DNA of 32,000 nt, taken from Methylophaga frappieri. Lineage in GTDB: Bacteria > Pseudomonadota > Gammaproteobacteria > Nitrosococcales > Methylophagaceae. The translations under genes and the position numbers were made by a program. The notes under the pieces are model-generated. The model worked only from the letters and a program-made list of their open reading frames with translations, did not search any database and was not told where the DNA came from. The stretch spans positions 2,610,001-2,642,000 of the forward strand of contig NC_017856.1 in assembly GCF_000260965.1 (NCBI RefSeq), written 5' to 3'. Shown piece after piece: positions 16,360 through 27,041 of this stretch. Each line of letters starts with the position of its first letter. The stretch's first letter is position 1.

Positions 16360-16827
16360 TTACAAGCTTTTAACTGCTTCCAATACGGCGGCGACATGAC
16401 CTTTGACTTTCACGCCACGCCATTCCTGACGAAGAATGCCTTTACTGTCGATAAGAAAAGTACTCCGTTCGATGCCCATGTAGGATTTTCCGTAGAGCTT
16501 TTTGAGTTTAATGACGTCAAACAGCTGGCATAAGTGCTCTTCCTTGTCAGAGAGCAGCTCAAACGGAAAGGCATGTTTGTTTTTGAAGTTTTCATGCGCC
16601 TTTAATCCATCTCGGGACACGCCCAGGATGACCGTATTTAATGCTGAAAACTGGTCATAGTGATCACGAAAGTCCTGACCTTCTGTGGTACAACCCGGCG
16701 TATTATCCTTGGGATAAAAATAAATCACTACATTTTTTCCGGCAAACTCAGCCAGACTGATTTCTTGCTCACCCGTCGCTGGTGAGGTGAAAGCGGGGAC
16801 AGGTTGGTTAATCGATACGGTTTGCAT
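16360..16827 (-). CDS. bcp: thioredoxin-dependent peroxiredoxin Bcp
   Basis: It has the peroxiredoxin motif FYPKDNTPGCTTE. I chose ATG 16827 (MQTVSINQPVPAF), behind AAGGAGAT, rather than the track start at 16911. Confidence 0.9.
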   Translation of the reverse strand: MQTVSINQPVPAFTSPATGEQEISLAEFAGKNVVIYFYPKDNTPGCTTEGQDFRDHYDQFSALNTVILGVSRDGLKAHENFKNKHAFPFELLSDKEEHLCQLFDVIKLKKLYGKSYMGIERSTFLIDSKGILRQEWRGVKVKGHVAAVLEAVKSL

Positions 16828-16940
16828 AATATCTCCTTGAATTAAGCGGATTCTAATTTTTAGAGTCCGATGTGCCAAACGCTTGTCATCAGCAGGCTGG
16901 CAAAGTACCATGCCAGTTTATTTTTTGGAGTCCGGCATTT

Positions 16941-17831
16941 ATGTTCAGCGGCAGTATGGTAGCACTGGTGACGCCCATGCGAGCAGATGGTTCGCTGGAC
17001 AGTGACAGCCTGCATCGCTTGGTTGAGTTTCATATCGAAAACGGCAGCGATGCGATTGTGGCTGTTGGCACAACCGGCGAATCAGCCACATTAAGTGTCG
17101 AAGAGCATTCAGGCGTTATTGCTGATATCGTTAAACAGGTAGCTGGACGTATCCCTGTTATTGCCGGCACCGGCGCCAACTCGACTTCTGAAGCGATTGA
17201 ACTGACTGAATATGCACGTCAGCTTGGCGCGACAGCAGCGCTGTTGGTGACACCTTATTATAATCGCCCGACCCAAGAAGGTTTGTATCAGCATTTTAAA
17301 GCAATTGCTGAAGCCGTTGATTTACCACAGATTTTGTATAATGTGCCAAGCCGTACGGCGTGCGACTTACTGCCAGAGACAGTCGGTCGGCTGTCCTATG
17401 TTCCCAACATTATCGGTATTAAAGAAGCCACAGGTGATGTGCGCCGTGTTCAGCTGATTCGTGACGTTTGTTCGCCAGATTTTGAGCTATACACTGGAGA
17501 AGATGGCAACACAGTTGATTTTATTCTGGCGGGCGGACGGGGCGTCATTTCTGTCACAGCCAACGTTGCGCCGAAATTGATGCATGATATGTGTCAAGCA
17601 GCGATGCAAGGAAAAGCCGAAGAAGCACGTAAAATTAATGATCGGCTGGCGTTGCTCCATCAAAGTCTGTTCAGTGAATCTAATCCAATCCCAGTAAAAT
17701 GGGCATTACACACCATGAACATGATACCCTCTGGCATACGTTTACCGATGACGGTCTTGTCAGAAAAATTTCATCAACCGGTTCGTGATGCGCTGGCTGC
17801 AGCCGGGGTATTGAATCCTTTAAATGAGTGA
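16941..17831 (+). CDS. dapA: 4-hydroxy-tetrahydrodipicolinate synthase
   Basis: MFSGSMVALVTPM, GTTGESATLS and IGIKEATG (Schiff-base Lys region) are typical of DapA. ATG 16941 sits behind GGAG. Confidence 0.95.
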   Translation: MFSGSMVALVTPMRADGSLDSDSLHRLVEFHIENGSDAIVAVGTTGESATLSVEEHSGVIADIVKQVAGRIPVIAGTGANSTSEAIELTEYARQLGATAALLVTPYYNRPTQEGLYQHFKAIAEAVDLPQILYNVPSRTACDLLPETVGRLSYVPNIIGIKEATGDVRRVQLIRDVCSPDFELYTGEDGNTVDFILAGGRGVISVTANVAPKLMHDMCQAAMQGKAEEARKINDRLALLHQSLFSESNPIPVKWALHTMNMIPSGIRLPMTVLSEKFHQPVRDALAAAGVLNPLNE

Positions 17832-18888
17832 ACAGCAATCAATGAACAACGTGAATCGTCTGAAAACCAGTGCATGGCTGGTCGTATCCAGTCTGGCCTT
17901 AAGCAGTTGTGGTCTTTTGCCGTCATTGGAGGAAGTGGCGCCTGATAATACGCAAGAGTACCGTCGTGCTGAGACGATGCCTGCATTGGAAGTGCCGCCA
18001 GAACTCAGTCTTAATCAGATTAATGACAACATTGTTGGCAATCGTAATACTTCAGCGACCTATTCTGAGTATGAAGAAGCTGCCAACAACCCGCTGGCCG
18101 CGCGCTACAACATCCAGCCCGATGCTAAACCGGCTTTGGCGGGTGAAGAAGGGCGTCGTCATTTAGTGGTGCCTGGTGAGCCGGATGTGACTTGGACGCG
18201 CATCGAAAACTTTTGGTCGACTAAAAATATCGATGTTGTTCGTAAAGAACGTCGTATTGGTTTGATGGATACTGGGCCTGATGGTGAAAATTATGCGTAT
18301 CGTGTCCGTATGGAAAAAGGCGATGTGAATCAGTCGGCACGAATTTATCTGGGTGCGCGTGACGAAGCCGAAACCAATGTGGTTAAAAATGAGGCCATGT
18401 TGAGACAGTTGGCTGATTTTCTAGGGGTTTTGTTCCAAGAAGATAAAGCCCAATTGGCTGCAAGTCAGCCTCAACAGCGTCAACAAGCGCCATCGTCTGT
18501 GATGCCTGCGGTTACCTTGATGGATGAAGGTGAAGGCCGCCAAGTTTTGGTTGTTGAGCAGGAATACGTCGAAACATGGGAACGTGTTGGCCGTGTGCTC
18601 GATAGCCGTGGTTTTGCGGTAGAAGATCGCGATCGTTCTCGTGGTACATATTTTGTCCGATATGTGGATCCGTTCCTGGAAGCCGAACAAGATGAGGAAG
18701 GTTTTTTCAGTGGATTGGCATTCTGGCGTGATGATGCTGAAGAAGCACCGGAAGAATACTATTACATCAAGTTGAGTTCTGATGCCGGAAATACGCGTAT
18801 TACGGTGCTTGATGCTGAGCAGGTGCGATCGGTATCTGATACGGCCAGACGTTTATTAAGCCTGATCCAGGAGCAGCTGACACAATAA
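17824..18888 (+). CDS. bamC: outer membrane protein assembly factor BamC (lipoprotein)
   Basis: It has a lipobox (LALSSC) after a signal peptide and the conserved position immediately downstream of dapA. Size and acidic composition are consistent with BamC. The start could instead be the internal Met at 17842. Confidence 0.75.
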   Translation: MSEQQSMNNVNRLKTSAWLVVSSLALSSCGLLPSLEEVAPDNTQEYRRAETMPALEVPPELSLNQINDNIVGNRNTSATYSEYEEAANNPLAARYNIQPDAKPALAGEEGRRHLVVPGEPDVTWTRIENFWSTKNIDVVRKERRIGLMDTGPDGENYAYRVRMEKGDVNQSARIYLGARDEAETNVVKNEAMLRQLADFLGVLFQEDKAQLAASQPQQRQQAPSSVMPAVTLMDEGEGRQVLVVEQEYVETWERVGRVLDSRGFAVEDRDRSRGTYFVRYVDPFLEAEQDEEGFFSGLAFWRDDAEEAPEEYYYIKLSSDAGNTRITVLDAEQVRSVSDTARRLLSLIQEQLTQ

Positions 18889-19655
18889 TGCAGTTTGCTT
18901 CACTTGGCAGTGGCAGCCGCGGTAATGGCACGCTGATAAAAGAAGCTGACACAACCTTATTGGTAGATTGCGGTTTTTCTGCCAAAGAAGCGGAAAAACG
19001 GCTCTATCAGCAAGGAGTTGCGCCAAGTGAACTAACGGCTTTATTGGTCACCCATGAGCATGCTGATCATATCAGCGGTATCCGGGTGCTGGCCCGCCGT
19101 TACCATTTGCCTGTTTATGCAACGGCCGGTACGGCGGCTTGCCTTTCTGAAGATTTAAACGGATTGATTAGAACGTTTAATTGCCATACTGATTTTAGTA
19201 TTCAGGATCTGCATATCTTGCCATTTCCCGTTCCGCATGATGCACGTGAGCCGGCGCAGTTTGTGTTTAGCAATGGCGAATATCGACTAGGTTTACTCAC
19301 CGATGTGGGCTCGATTACCCCTTTGATCGAATCTGTACTCAGTGGCTGCGATGCGTTAATGCTGGAAGCGAATCATGATATTGATATGCTCGCTGAGGGG
19401 GATTATCCGCCGTCGTTGAAAATTCGTGTTGGTGGACGGTTCGGCCATTTAAATAATGTGCAATCATCAACATTACTTGAGAAAATCGACACCTCTCGGT
19501 TACAACATATTTTTGCCATGCACATCAGTGAAAAAAATAATCTGCCATCCTTGGTTTTGCCTTTGTTTGCCAAGGCGCTCAATTGCGAACATGACTGGAT
19601 TGGCATAGCAGATCAGGATGCTGGTTTTGGCTGGCGCCAATTAACTAAAGCTTAG
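18888..19655 (+). CDS. MBL-fold metallo-hydrolase
   Basis: It has the metallo-beta-lactamase motif [11 protein letters not shown] plus downstream His/Asp ligand positions. Its ATG overlaps the bamC stop. Confidence 0.8.
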   Translation: MQFASLGSGSRGNGTLIKEADTTLLVDCGFSAKEAEKRLYQQGVAPSELTALLVTHEHADHISGIRVLARRYHLPVYATAGTAACLSEDLNGLIRTFNCHTDFSIQDLHILPFPVPHDAREPAQFVFSNGEYRLGLLTDVGSITPLIESVLSGCDALMLEANHDIDMLAEGDYPPSLKIRVGGRFGHLNNVQSSTLLEKIDTSRLQHIFAMHISEKNNLPSLVLPLFAKALNCEHDWIGIADQDAGFGWRQLTKA

Positions 19656-19666
19656 TGGAACGACCC

Positions 19667-20377
19667 ATGGAAAAACGACAACAACTCTATGCCGGCAAAG
19701 CCAAAAGTGTCTATGCCACCGATGACGCTGATTATGTCGTACTCAGTTTTCGCGACGATACCTCAGCATTTGATGGAGAAAAGGTTGAGCAGCTTAATCG
19801 TAAAGGCGAAGTAAACAATAAATTCAACGCTTTTATTATGCAGACATTAAGCGGAGCAGGAATTGCAACGCATTTTGAAAAATTGCTTAATGAGACGGAA
19901 TCGCTGGTGAAACGTATGCAAATGATTCCGGTGGAATGTGTGGTTCGAAATGTGGCGTCGGGTAGTCTGGTCAGACGGCTTGGTGTTGAGGATGGGATGA
20001 GTTTAACACCGCCAGTTTTTGAGTTTTTTCTGAAAAATGATGCCTTGCATGACCCAATGGTCAATGAATACCACATTGCCACGTTTGGTTGGGCGACTGA
20101 AGCGCAAGTTCAAAAAATGAAACAATTAACCTTTGAGGTCAATACGGTTCTCAAGCAATTGTTTGCAGACGCCGGCATGATTTTGGTTGATTACAAACTA
20201 GAATTTGGCATATTCGGAGGAGAAGTCATTCTCGGTGACGAATTCAGTCCGGATGGTTGTCGTCTTTGGGATGCACAAACCCGTAAAAAACTGGATAAAG
20301 ATCGTTTTCGTCAAGGCCTTGGCGGTGTCATCGAGGCATACGAAGAAGTGGCGAAACGCATTGGTGTAACGCTGTAA
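19667..20377 (+). CDS. purC: phosphoribosylaminoimidazole-succinocarboxamide (SAICAR) synthase
   Basis: [16 protein letters not shown]..., IPVECVVRN and DYKLEFG are typical of PurC. I preferred ATG 19667 over GTG 19655. Confidence 0.95.
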   Translation: MEKRQQLYAGKAKSVYATDDADYVVLSFRDDTSAFDGEKVEQLNRKGEVNNKFNAFIMQTLSGAGIATHFEKLLNETESLVKRMQMIPVECVVRNVASGSLVRRLGVEDGMSLTPPVFEFFLKNDALHDPMVNEYHIATFGWATEAQVQKMKQLTFEVNTVLKQLFADAGMILVDYKLEFGIFGGEVILGDEFSPDGCRLWDAQTRKKLDKDRFRQGLGGVIEAYEEVAKRIGVTL

Positions 20378-20413
20378 ACGTCAGAGGTTTTACCCGAAGC
20401 GTCGCTATATTGA

Positions 20414-21787
20414 TTAATTAACCAGGCTTTGGGTTGGCGCAGGAATTCGGCCGCCCAGCCGCACAAAACGATTTTCCTGATTGCCCATGTTGACGGCCAT
20501 AATCGGTCCTTCTCCAAGCAACCCACCAAAAAACACCTGATCACCGGCTTGTTTTCCTGGCACAGGAATGAGTCTGGCCGCAGTTGTTTTTTTGTTAATC
20601 ACGCCGATGGCCATTTCATCGGCGATGATAGCCGAGAGCATTTCGGCGCTGGTATCCCCCGGCAGTGCCACCATATCCAGACCGACAGAACAGACAGCGG
20701 TCATGGCTTCCAGTTTTTCCAGAGACAGCGTGCGATTACTTGCGGATCGCGCGATAGTCAAATCTTCACAAACCGGAATAAAGGCACCACTTAATCCGCC
20801 GACATGCGAACTGGCAAAGGCGCCTCCTTTCTTAACGGCATCATTGAGCATGGCTAAAAAAGCGGTGCTGCCCGGTGCACCAATCGCAGGTAGGCCAATG
20901 GCTTCGAAAATTTCGCCAACACTGTCGTTTTCATTTGGCGTCGGGGCTAAAGAGAGATCGACGATGCCAAACGGTAAACCAAGTGAGCTGGCTACTTCAC
21001 GGCCAACTAATTCACCGGCTCGGGTAAGCCGCGCCGCCGTTTGTTTAATGACATCTGCAGCTCGACTTAAATCCAGTTTTTCTTCTTCCTCTAAAGCGCG
21101 TTGCAACGCAGCTTTGACTACGCCAGGGCCACTAACGCCGACACTGACGACAGCATCTGCTTCGCCAATACCGAGGTAAGCACCAGCCATAAACGGCACA
21201 TCCTGTGGAATATTGGCAAAGACGACCAGTTTTGCTGCCGCCAAGCCATCATTTTCAGCGGTAAGCTGTGCTGCCTGTTTAATCACTTGGCCCATCTGAT
21301 TAATAGCATCCATGTTTAAACCAGCGCGGGTACTGGCAACATTGACGGAAGCACAGACGCGTTTACTCTGGGTCAATGCTTCTGGAATCGCCGAGATTAA
21401 GGCTTGATCACCTCGACTGATGCCTTTTTCAACCAGTGCGCTAAAGCCACCAATGAAATCAATGCCTAATTCGTTGGCAGCGTGATCCAAAGTTAAGGCA
21501 ATGTCGACCATCTGTTCGGTACTGAATGGGGCGGCAACCACGCCGATAGGACTAATCGAAATACGCTTATTGGCCACTTCAATCCCATAGCGACGTTCAA
21601 TCCGCTGACAGGTTGTCACTAATTGACCAGCGTGTTTTAGAATTTTGTCGTAAATATTGCGTTTAAACCGGCCAATATCATCACTGACACAATCGGTCAG
21701 ATTGATACCAACCGTCACGGTACGCAGATCCAGATTTTCTTCACGCACCATTTGCAGTGTTGAAATAATGTCTTTTTGATTCAGCAT
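20414..21787 (-). CDS. UPF0210 / DUF711 family protein
   Basis: It shows strong full-length resemblance to the UPF0210 family as I remember it (RTVTVGINL, IDFIGGFSALV, KLVVFANI...PFMAGA, GVSGPGVV, GIVDLSLAPTP, GGLSGAFIPV, LEKLEAMTAVCSVGLDM, IADEMAIGVIN, GGRIPAP). Confidence 0.8.
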   Translation of the reverse strand: MLNQKDIISTLQMVREENLDLRTVTVGINLTDCVSDDIGRFKRNIYDKILKHAGQLVTTCQRIERRYGIEVANKRISISPIGVVAAPFSTEQMVDIALTLDHAANELGIDFIGGFSALVEKGISRGDQALISAIPEALTQSKRVCASVNVASTRAGLNMDAINQMGQVIKQAAQLTAENDGLAAAKLVVFANIPQDVPFMAGAYLGIGEADAVVSVGVSGPGVVKAALQRALEEEEKLDLSRAADVIKQTAARLTRAGELVGREVASSLGLPFGIVDLSLAPTPNENDSVGEIFEAIGLPAIGAPGSTAFLAMLNDAVKKGGAFASSHVGGLSGAFIPVCEDLTIARSASNRTLSLEKLEAMTAVCSVGLDMVALPGDTSAEMLSAIIADEMAIGVINKKTTAARLIPVPGKQAGDQVFFGGLLGEGPIMAVNMGNQENRFVRLGGRIPAPTQSLVN

Positions 21788-21808
21788 GACGAATTTTCCG
21801 GAAAAGAT

Positions 21809-22375
21809 TTACAGTAAGATATTGCTGACAGATTCAAAAATCCGCCGATGCTGGACATGGATTTCCAGAGCCAAGCGGTTGGCAATGTCCGCTAACGCAA
21901 GCCGTAAATCATCCATGACTGTCGCTTTAGGCACATCTACCTCAAAAATCATTAAATTATCCATGGGATCCTCACCGCCCCTGAAAATAGCCTGCATATC
22001 CGTGATATTGACCCCATGGATAAATAATTGCTTGGCCACGTCAGCAACCAGTCCCTGACGATCCGGGCCAATACAGGTAACAATGTAGGGCTGTGTAACC
22101 GGTTTATTTTGTTGCCATTCAGAGGCTTGTTGATTCCAAGGGTTAACGCTGATAAACAGATTCATGTTTATGCAGGCATGATCAAGCGTGGTTTTCACGG
22201 TTTGTGCCGATTTATCATCTGGAAAACTCACCATCAGCAGCGCGCCGAAAACGTCTTTTAGCAGCGTTTGACTGAGGTTTTCAATATTGCCATTTTCTTG
22301 TCGTAAGCTGTCAGCAACGACGGCCATAATGCCAGGTTCATCACTTCCTAAAACTGAAATCAGCATTTTATTCAT
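21809..22375 (-). CDS. tandem ACT-domain protein (GcvR / UPF0237-like)
   Basis: Two ACT-like repeats are present (ISVLGSDEPGIMAVVADSLRQENGNIE and IVTCIGPDRQGLVADVAKQLFIHGVNI). At 188 aa it sits directly upstream of the UPF0210 gene, a known ACT + UPF0210 gene pairing. Confidence 0.65.
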   Translation of the reverse strand: MNKMLISVLGSDEPGIMAVVADSLRQENGNIENLSQTLLKDVFGALLMVSFPDDKSAQTVKTTLDHACINMNLFISVNPWNQQASEWQQNKPVTQPYIVTCIGPDRQGLVADVAKQLFIHGVNITDMQAIFRGGEDPMDNLMIFEVDVPKATVMDDLRLALADIANRLALEIHVQHRRIFESVSNILL

Positions 22376-22387
22376 GGGGTTGTTCCA

Positions 22388-23002
22388 CTAAGTTGATTTT
22401 GCTTGCCAGCGTTGACGAAGTTGTGTGCGATTTAATGCCAGCCATTGAATGGCAATAATGGGAATTGCTGAGACAATTTTTCCTTGTTCCAGTAATCGAA
22501 AAACATTGGAAAACGGCATGACAGAGACGGCAATATCTTCATTTTCCTCATCAAGGCCATGCAATCCGCCAGCTTTGGTACTGTCTATTTTGCCGCAATA
22601 AAGGTGGAGTAATTCAGAGGTGCCACCAGGTGAGGTAAAAAAAGAATTGATTTTAAATAAATCCTCAACCTCACAGCCTGATTCTTCAAGGACTTCACGG
22701 CGAGCAACCGATTCCGGTGTTTCGCCTGGCTCAATGGCACCAGCGACAATTTCCAGCAACCAGGCCCGTTCATCGCCAAACTGTAATGCGCCTACGCGGA
22801 ATTGCTCAATCATCACCAAAGCATCTTCCTGGGCATCGTAGAGTAACACCGCAACGCATTCTCCCCGGTGAAAAATTTCTCGACTGAGCGGGGGACTCCA
22901 ACCGCCACGGTAAAGTGTGTGACGAACTGTCAGTTGGTTCACCCCAAAAAAACCCTTAAAAACCGGTTTATCTTCTAAAATTTCAAACTGTTTTGTGCTC
23001 AT
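22388..23002 (-). CDS. nudF: ADP-ribose pyrophosphatase (Nudix hydrolase)
   Basis: It has the Nudix box GAIEPGETPESVARREVLEESG. Size and N-terminal domain fit NudF/ADPRase. Its ATG overlaps the upstream gene's stop. Confidence 0.75.
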   Translation of the reverse strand: MSTKQFEILEDKPVFKGFFGVNQLTVRHTLYRGGWSPPLSREIFHRGECVAVLLYDAQEDALVMIEQFRVGALQFGDERAWLLEIVAGAIEPGETPESVARREVLEESGCEVEDLFKINSFFTSPGGTSELLHLYCGKIDSTKAGGLHGLDEENEDIAVSVMPFSNVFRLLEQGKIVSAIPIIAIQWLALNRTQLRQRWQAKST

Positions 23003-23751
23003 GGTGTTGATTTCGGTTGGGGTGTCTGAAATGCCGATACAGGCAAGCCATCGAGTTTACGAATGTGAGCCGTAAAACGACTGTCATCTTTTTCGATATG
23101 TTCTAATTTGACGGGTAAATATCCCAGCGCCGGCGCGCACCATAAGGTGGTTTGTCGCTCACTGTCTGGGTCTCGATCCCGACTTAGCCGAATAGCCTCA
23201 ATGTGCCCGAGTGGTGTTTCGATTACCTCAGTTGCCTGTCGCGTGATTTCATACTGTTTGAGTTTGCCACCATCGGCGATGGTGTACTGTAGCGATTGTC
23301 GATCGGCGGCTAAATCACGCATGAGTTGTAATTGGTAAACGTGTTTATCGAGCGTGTCAGACTGCAGTGCGAGTTCCCATGGGTGTTCACGATCATCGAT
23401 GTGTACGATTGCGGTCGACCAGTCGAAAGACATGGTTAACAACTTGTCTTTTTTGCCACCTTGACGTTGATACCGGTAAAACTGCGGTTTTATCTGGCCA
23501 TCAACCTGCTGCCAGATACTGGTTTCGGTAATAATGTCAGGCTTAAAAAAAGCAAAGACGCCTTTGGCCTGCGTTCTTGTCACTAACTGACGATTGCTGG
23601 CTTCATCAGTTGTTAAGGTTTGCTCGAGTTCGCCAGCTTGAATGCCATTTAACTCAACCTGATAATTGGCTTGATAATCCATTGGCGTCGAATCGGCCAA
23701 CACCGGAGAGGCCGCTATCCATATCCAGAGACAAGACAGCCATAACATCAT
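22999..23751 (-). CDS. DUF3108-like secreted protein
   Basis: It has a signal peptide (MMLWLSCLWIWIAASPVLA/DS) and looks beta-rich. Its conserved position just downstream of purN is the same as for DUF3108 proteins in other gammaproteobacteria. The family call is from context and memory. Confidence 0.55.
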   Translation of the reverse strand: MMLWLSCLWIWIAASPVLADSTPMDYQANYQVELNGIQAGELEQTLTTDEASNRQLVTRTQAKGVFAFFKPDIITETSIWQQVDGQIKPQFYRYQRQGGKKDKLLTMSFDWSTAIVHIDDREHPWELALQSDTLDKHVYQLQLMRDLAADRQSLQYTIADGGKLKQYEITRQATEVIETPLGHIEAIRLSRDRDPDSERQTTLWCAPALGYLPVKLEHIEKDDSRFTAHIRKLDGLPVSAFQTPQPKSTP

Positions 23752-23755
23752 AAAT

Positions 23756-24334
23756 TCAGGACTCCTGCTGCAATAATAACTTTAAGGCAGCGGGATAGAG
23801 CTTATGTTCCTCGACCAGAACACGTGCAGCTAGGGTGTCGGGTGTGTCGGCCGGTAAAACGGGCACACTAGCCTGTAAAATTACCGGACCATCATCTAGC
23901 GTTTCGGTGACAAAATGTACACTGGCGCCATGTTCTTTTTCACCGGCTTCAATCGCACGTTGATGGGTATGCAAGCCTTTAAATTTAGGCAGAAGAGAAG
24001 GATGGATATTAATTAGTCGGCCAGCAAAGTGATTGACAAAATCAGCAGTCAGAATTCGCATAAAGCCGGCAAGAATTACAAAATCAGGCTGAAAATGATC
24101 AACCACTTCAGCGAGTTTTTTGTCGAATGCATCACGACTGGCAAAATCCTTATGATCAATCGCCTCGGTATTGATCCCGGCATCACTGGCACTTTGCAGG
24201 CCCGCTGCATCAGGACGATTACTGATAACCGCGACAATTTCTGCCTCTAGTTCATCGTTTTCAATAGCACTAATCAGCGATTGCATATTGCTGCCACGGC
24301 CTGATATCAGAACGACTAAACGGGCCTTAGTCAT
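23756..24334 (-). CDS. purN: phosphoribosylglycinamide formyltransferase
   Basis: [24 protein letters not shown] and the [16 protein letters not shown] motif are present. Its ATG overlaps the purM stop. Confidence 0.9.
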   Translation of the reverse strand: MTKARLVVLISGRGSNMQSLISAIENDELEAEIVAVISNRPDAAGLQSASDAGINTEAIDHKDFASRDAFDKKLAEVVDHFQPDFVILAGFMRILTADFVNHFAGRLINIHPSLLPKFKGLHTHQRAIEAGEKEHGASVHFVTETLDDGPVILQASVPVLPADTPDTLAARVLVEEHKLYPAALKLLLQQES

Positions 24335-25392
24335 ATAATTTGTACGCGCTCAGCACTGTCAGAGGATTCTATTCGGCCGATTTTCATGGCCGTTTCACCT
24401 AAGGCTGTCAGGGTATTAACCGCTTCATCCACTTGTTCTGCATCCACGCAAAGTACCATGCCAATGCCGTTATTAAATGTGCGGTACATTTCTTTATCAA
24501 CCACATTACCGTGCTGTTGCAGCCAGTCGAATATAGCAGGGCGCTGCCAACTGCCAGCATCAATTTTAGCGACAACCCCGTCTGGTAAAACGCGAGGAAT
24601 ATTTTCTAACAAGCCACCGCCGGTAATATGAGATAACGCATGAATATCAATTTTTTCATTAAGTTGAAGTAATGATTTAACGTATATTCTAGTTGGAGTG
24701 AGCAGCTTTTCGGCAAGTGTGGCACCATCGAAGGAACTGTTTAAATCAACGCCGCTGTGTTCAATGATTTTTCGAATTAATGAATAGCCATTGGCATGGG
24801 GGCCTGATGAGGCAAGGCCGATTAACACGTCGCCATCCTGAACTTTGCTGCCATCGATAATGTTAGCTTTTTCGACGATGCCGACACAAAAACCGGCCAG
24901 ATCATAGTCATCAGCATCATACATGCCGGGCATTTCTGCGGTTTCCCCGCCAACCAATGCAGCACCGGATTGTAGACAACCCTCGGCGATACCACTGACA
25001 ACACTGGCTGCGACATCAACATTCAGCTTGCCGGTTGCATAGTAATCAAGGAAAAACAGTGGCTCAGCACCCAGTACAGCAATATCATTGACACACATCG
25101 CCACCAAATCGATGCCTATTGTGTCATGCACGCCAGTTTCAATCGCTAAACGTAGTTTTGTGCCAACACCATCCGTACCAGAAACTAACACCGGTTGCTG
25201 GTATCGCTCTGTTGGCAACTCGAATAAACTGCCAAAACCACCCAGGCCAGCCATAACGCCTGGTCGTTTTGTCCGCGAAGCTAGCGGTTTTATACGGTCG
25301 ACCAAGGTGTTACCAGCCTCAATATCGACTCCAGCATCTTGATAACTGAGACTGGTTTTGGCGGGTTGAGACGGGGCGGCGGGATCAGTCAT
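24331..25392 (-). CDS. purM: phosphoribosylformylglycinamidine cyclo-ligase (AIR synthase)
   Basis: [22 protein letters not shown] and GGETAEMPG are present. I chose ATG 25392, behind AGGAA, rather than the track start at 25419. Confidence 0.95.
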   Translation of the reverse strand: MTDPAAPSQPAKTSLSYQDAGVDIEAGNTLVDRIKPLASRTKRPGVMAGLGGFGSLFELPTERYQQPVLVSGTDGVGTKLRLAIETGVHDTIGIDLVAMCVNDIAVLGAEPLFFLDYYATGKLNVDVAASVVSGIAEGCLQSGAALVGGETAEMPGMYDADDYDLAGFCVGIVEKANIIDGSKVQDGDVLIGLASSGPHANGYSLIRKIIEHSGVDLNSSFDGATLAEKLLTPTRIYVKSLLQLNEKIDIHALSHITGGGLLENIPRVLPDGVVAKIDAGSWQRPAIFDWLQQHGNVVDKEMYRTFNNGIGMVLCVDAEQVDEAVNTLTALGETAMKIGRIESSDSAERVQII

Positions 25393-25449
25393 ATCAATTC
25401 CTGAAATAATGGACATCACAGAGAAAAATCAGCGTGCTAGAATAACACA

Positions 25450-26490
25450 ATGACTCGATTATTTACCGTGCTGATTGTTCTTTTTACTGCGTTTTCTGCT
25501 CAGGCAGCGCAGGTGGCCCACCTTTATCAAGCCGAGGTTGCCATTGATTCGCAAAGCGAGTCAGACCGTAACCGCGTGTTGCCGGATGCGCTCAAGCAAG
25601 TGATTGTGAAATTGGTGGGCGATAGACAGCAGGTAAATCAAGCAGATATCACGGCAATCCTGGCCGATGCGCAGCGCTATGTAGGTCAATTTGCTTACCA
25701 ACAAGTGAATGCCGACAATATGGATTTGACCTCGCCACAAGAACTAGCCGTGGTGATTGATTTTGATAAACCCACACTGGATCGTGCGTTAGAGCAGGTT
25801 GGTTTACCACGGTGGGGAGCCAACCGGCCACAAATATTGTTTTGGATTGCTTCTGAACAAGCGGGCCAACATCAGTTGATTGCCGATGAGACAGATGCGG
25901 TCACCGTGACGCTGAAGTCTTTGGCAAAACAACGCGGTTTACCTGTGCTGATGCCGGTAATGGACTTGGAAGATCAAAGCCAAATCAGTTTTTCGGATAT
26001 CTGGACGGGAAACGTGGCGGCGCTCAACCGTGCCTCAAATCGTTATGGGGCAAAATTGGTGGTCAGTCTGCAGATTCGGGGAAATAACGATCAGACAGGC
26101 ATAAGTTGGCAGTTGTTAAGCGGTGACGAAACGCAGCGCTGGTCTAGTGAAGGGCCATTGAGTGATGCTTTGGCTCAGGGCATGCATGAGCTTGCCGACA
26201 GGCTCGGCAGACGCTTCGCGATTCAGACCGGAGAAGCGACTGCCTATAAATTACAGATTTCAAATGTACAAAACTATGCTGACTATCAACGTTTGAGCCA
26301 ATATTTTCGTCAGTCACAAACCGTCGCCTCATTTTCAGTACAAAGTCTGGCGGAGGGTGTCTTGGATGCTGAATTACAACTCCGCGGAGATGTGAACCGG
26401 TTTCGTGAGCTACTTGCTTTTGATAATGTGCTGGTACCCGAGCAATCTTCTGCCACCAATCAAACTGAGCGATATCGGTTAATGCCTTGA
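25450..26490 (+). CDS. DUF2066-like secreted protein
   Basis: It has a signal peptide (MTRLFTVLIVLFTAFSAQA/AQ) and is divergent from purM, as DUF2066 genes are in Pseudomonas-like genomes. The family call is tentative. Confidence 0.5.
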   Translation: MTRLFTVLIVLFTAFSAQAAQVAHLYQAEVAIDSQSESDRNRVLPDALKQVIVKLVGDRQQVNQADITAILADAQRYVGQFAYQQVNADNMDLTSPQELAVVIDFDKPTLDRALEQVGLPRWGANRPQILFWIASEQAGQHQLIADETDAVTVTLKSLAKQRGLPVLMPVMDLEDQSQISFSDIWTGNVAALNRASNRYGAKLVVSLQIRGNNDQTGISWQLLSGDETQRWSSEGPLSDALAQGMHELADRLGRRFAIQTGEATAYKLQISNVQNYADYQRLSQYFRQSQTVASFSVQSLAEGVLDAELQLRGDVNRFRELLAFDNVLVPEQSSATNQTERYRLMP

Positions 26491-27041
26491 CGCTTCGCGA
26501 TATTCCAAATCTCATTTCTATTGCCAGAATTTTTCTGGTGTTGCCGGTGATGTGGGCGATGTTGCAGTTTGATTTTGGTTTAGCGCTGATTTTATTTGCT
26601 GTTGCTGGCGTTTCTGATGGTTTGGATGGCTTTTTGGCCAAACATTTTCAATGGCAGAGTCGGCTGGGTTCCATTCTGGATCCGATTGCGGATAAATTAT
26701 TGCTGGTTGTTAGTTTTGCCACGCTCAGCTATTTGGGCCTGCTCCCCTGGTGGTTGTTTGCTGTGGTCATTGGCCGTGATGTGATCATTGTGATTGGTGC
26801 ATTGGCGTATCACTATGCGTTTGGTGAATATGAATTGAAACCATTGTGGAGCAGTAAAATCAACACCCTGATGCAGATCCTGCTGGTTCTCACAGTGATG
26901 ATTCAAACGCAGTGGTTTCCTGAACATCATGCGGTCACGACGGTTGGTATCTGGTTGGTAGTGGCCAGTGTGATTAATAGTGGCAGTGAATATATTCTGG
27001 TTTGGGGAATGAATGCATGGCGACAACGGAAACACCGCTGA
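26487..27041 (+). CDS. CDP-alcohol phosphatidyltransferase family protein
   Basis: It has the motif SDGLDGFLAK...GSILDPIADKLL (DGx2AR...Gx3Dx3D type) and several transmembrane helices. It uses a TTG start that overlaps the previous stop. Confidence 0.75.
   Translation: MTLRDIPNLISIARIFLVLPVMWAMLQFDFGLALILFAVAGVSDGLDGFLAKHFQWQSRLGSILDPIADKLLLVVSFATLSYLGLLPWWLFAVVIGRDVIIVIGALAYHYAFGEYELKPLWSSKINTLMQILLVLTVMIQTQWFPEHHAVTTVGIWLVVASVINSGSEYILVWGMNAWRQRKHR

Noticed and set aside
20429-21179. Plus-strand ORFs of 121 and 203 aa opposite the UPF0210 gene.
   Set aside because: They are antisense to a full-length, family-typical CDS. Their Ala/Ser/Pro-rich translation is typical of the reverse strand of a G+C-biased gene.
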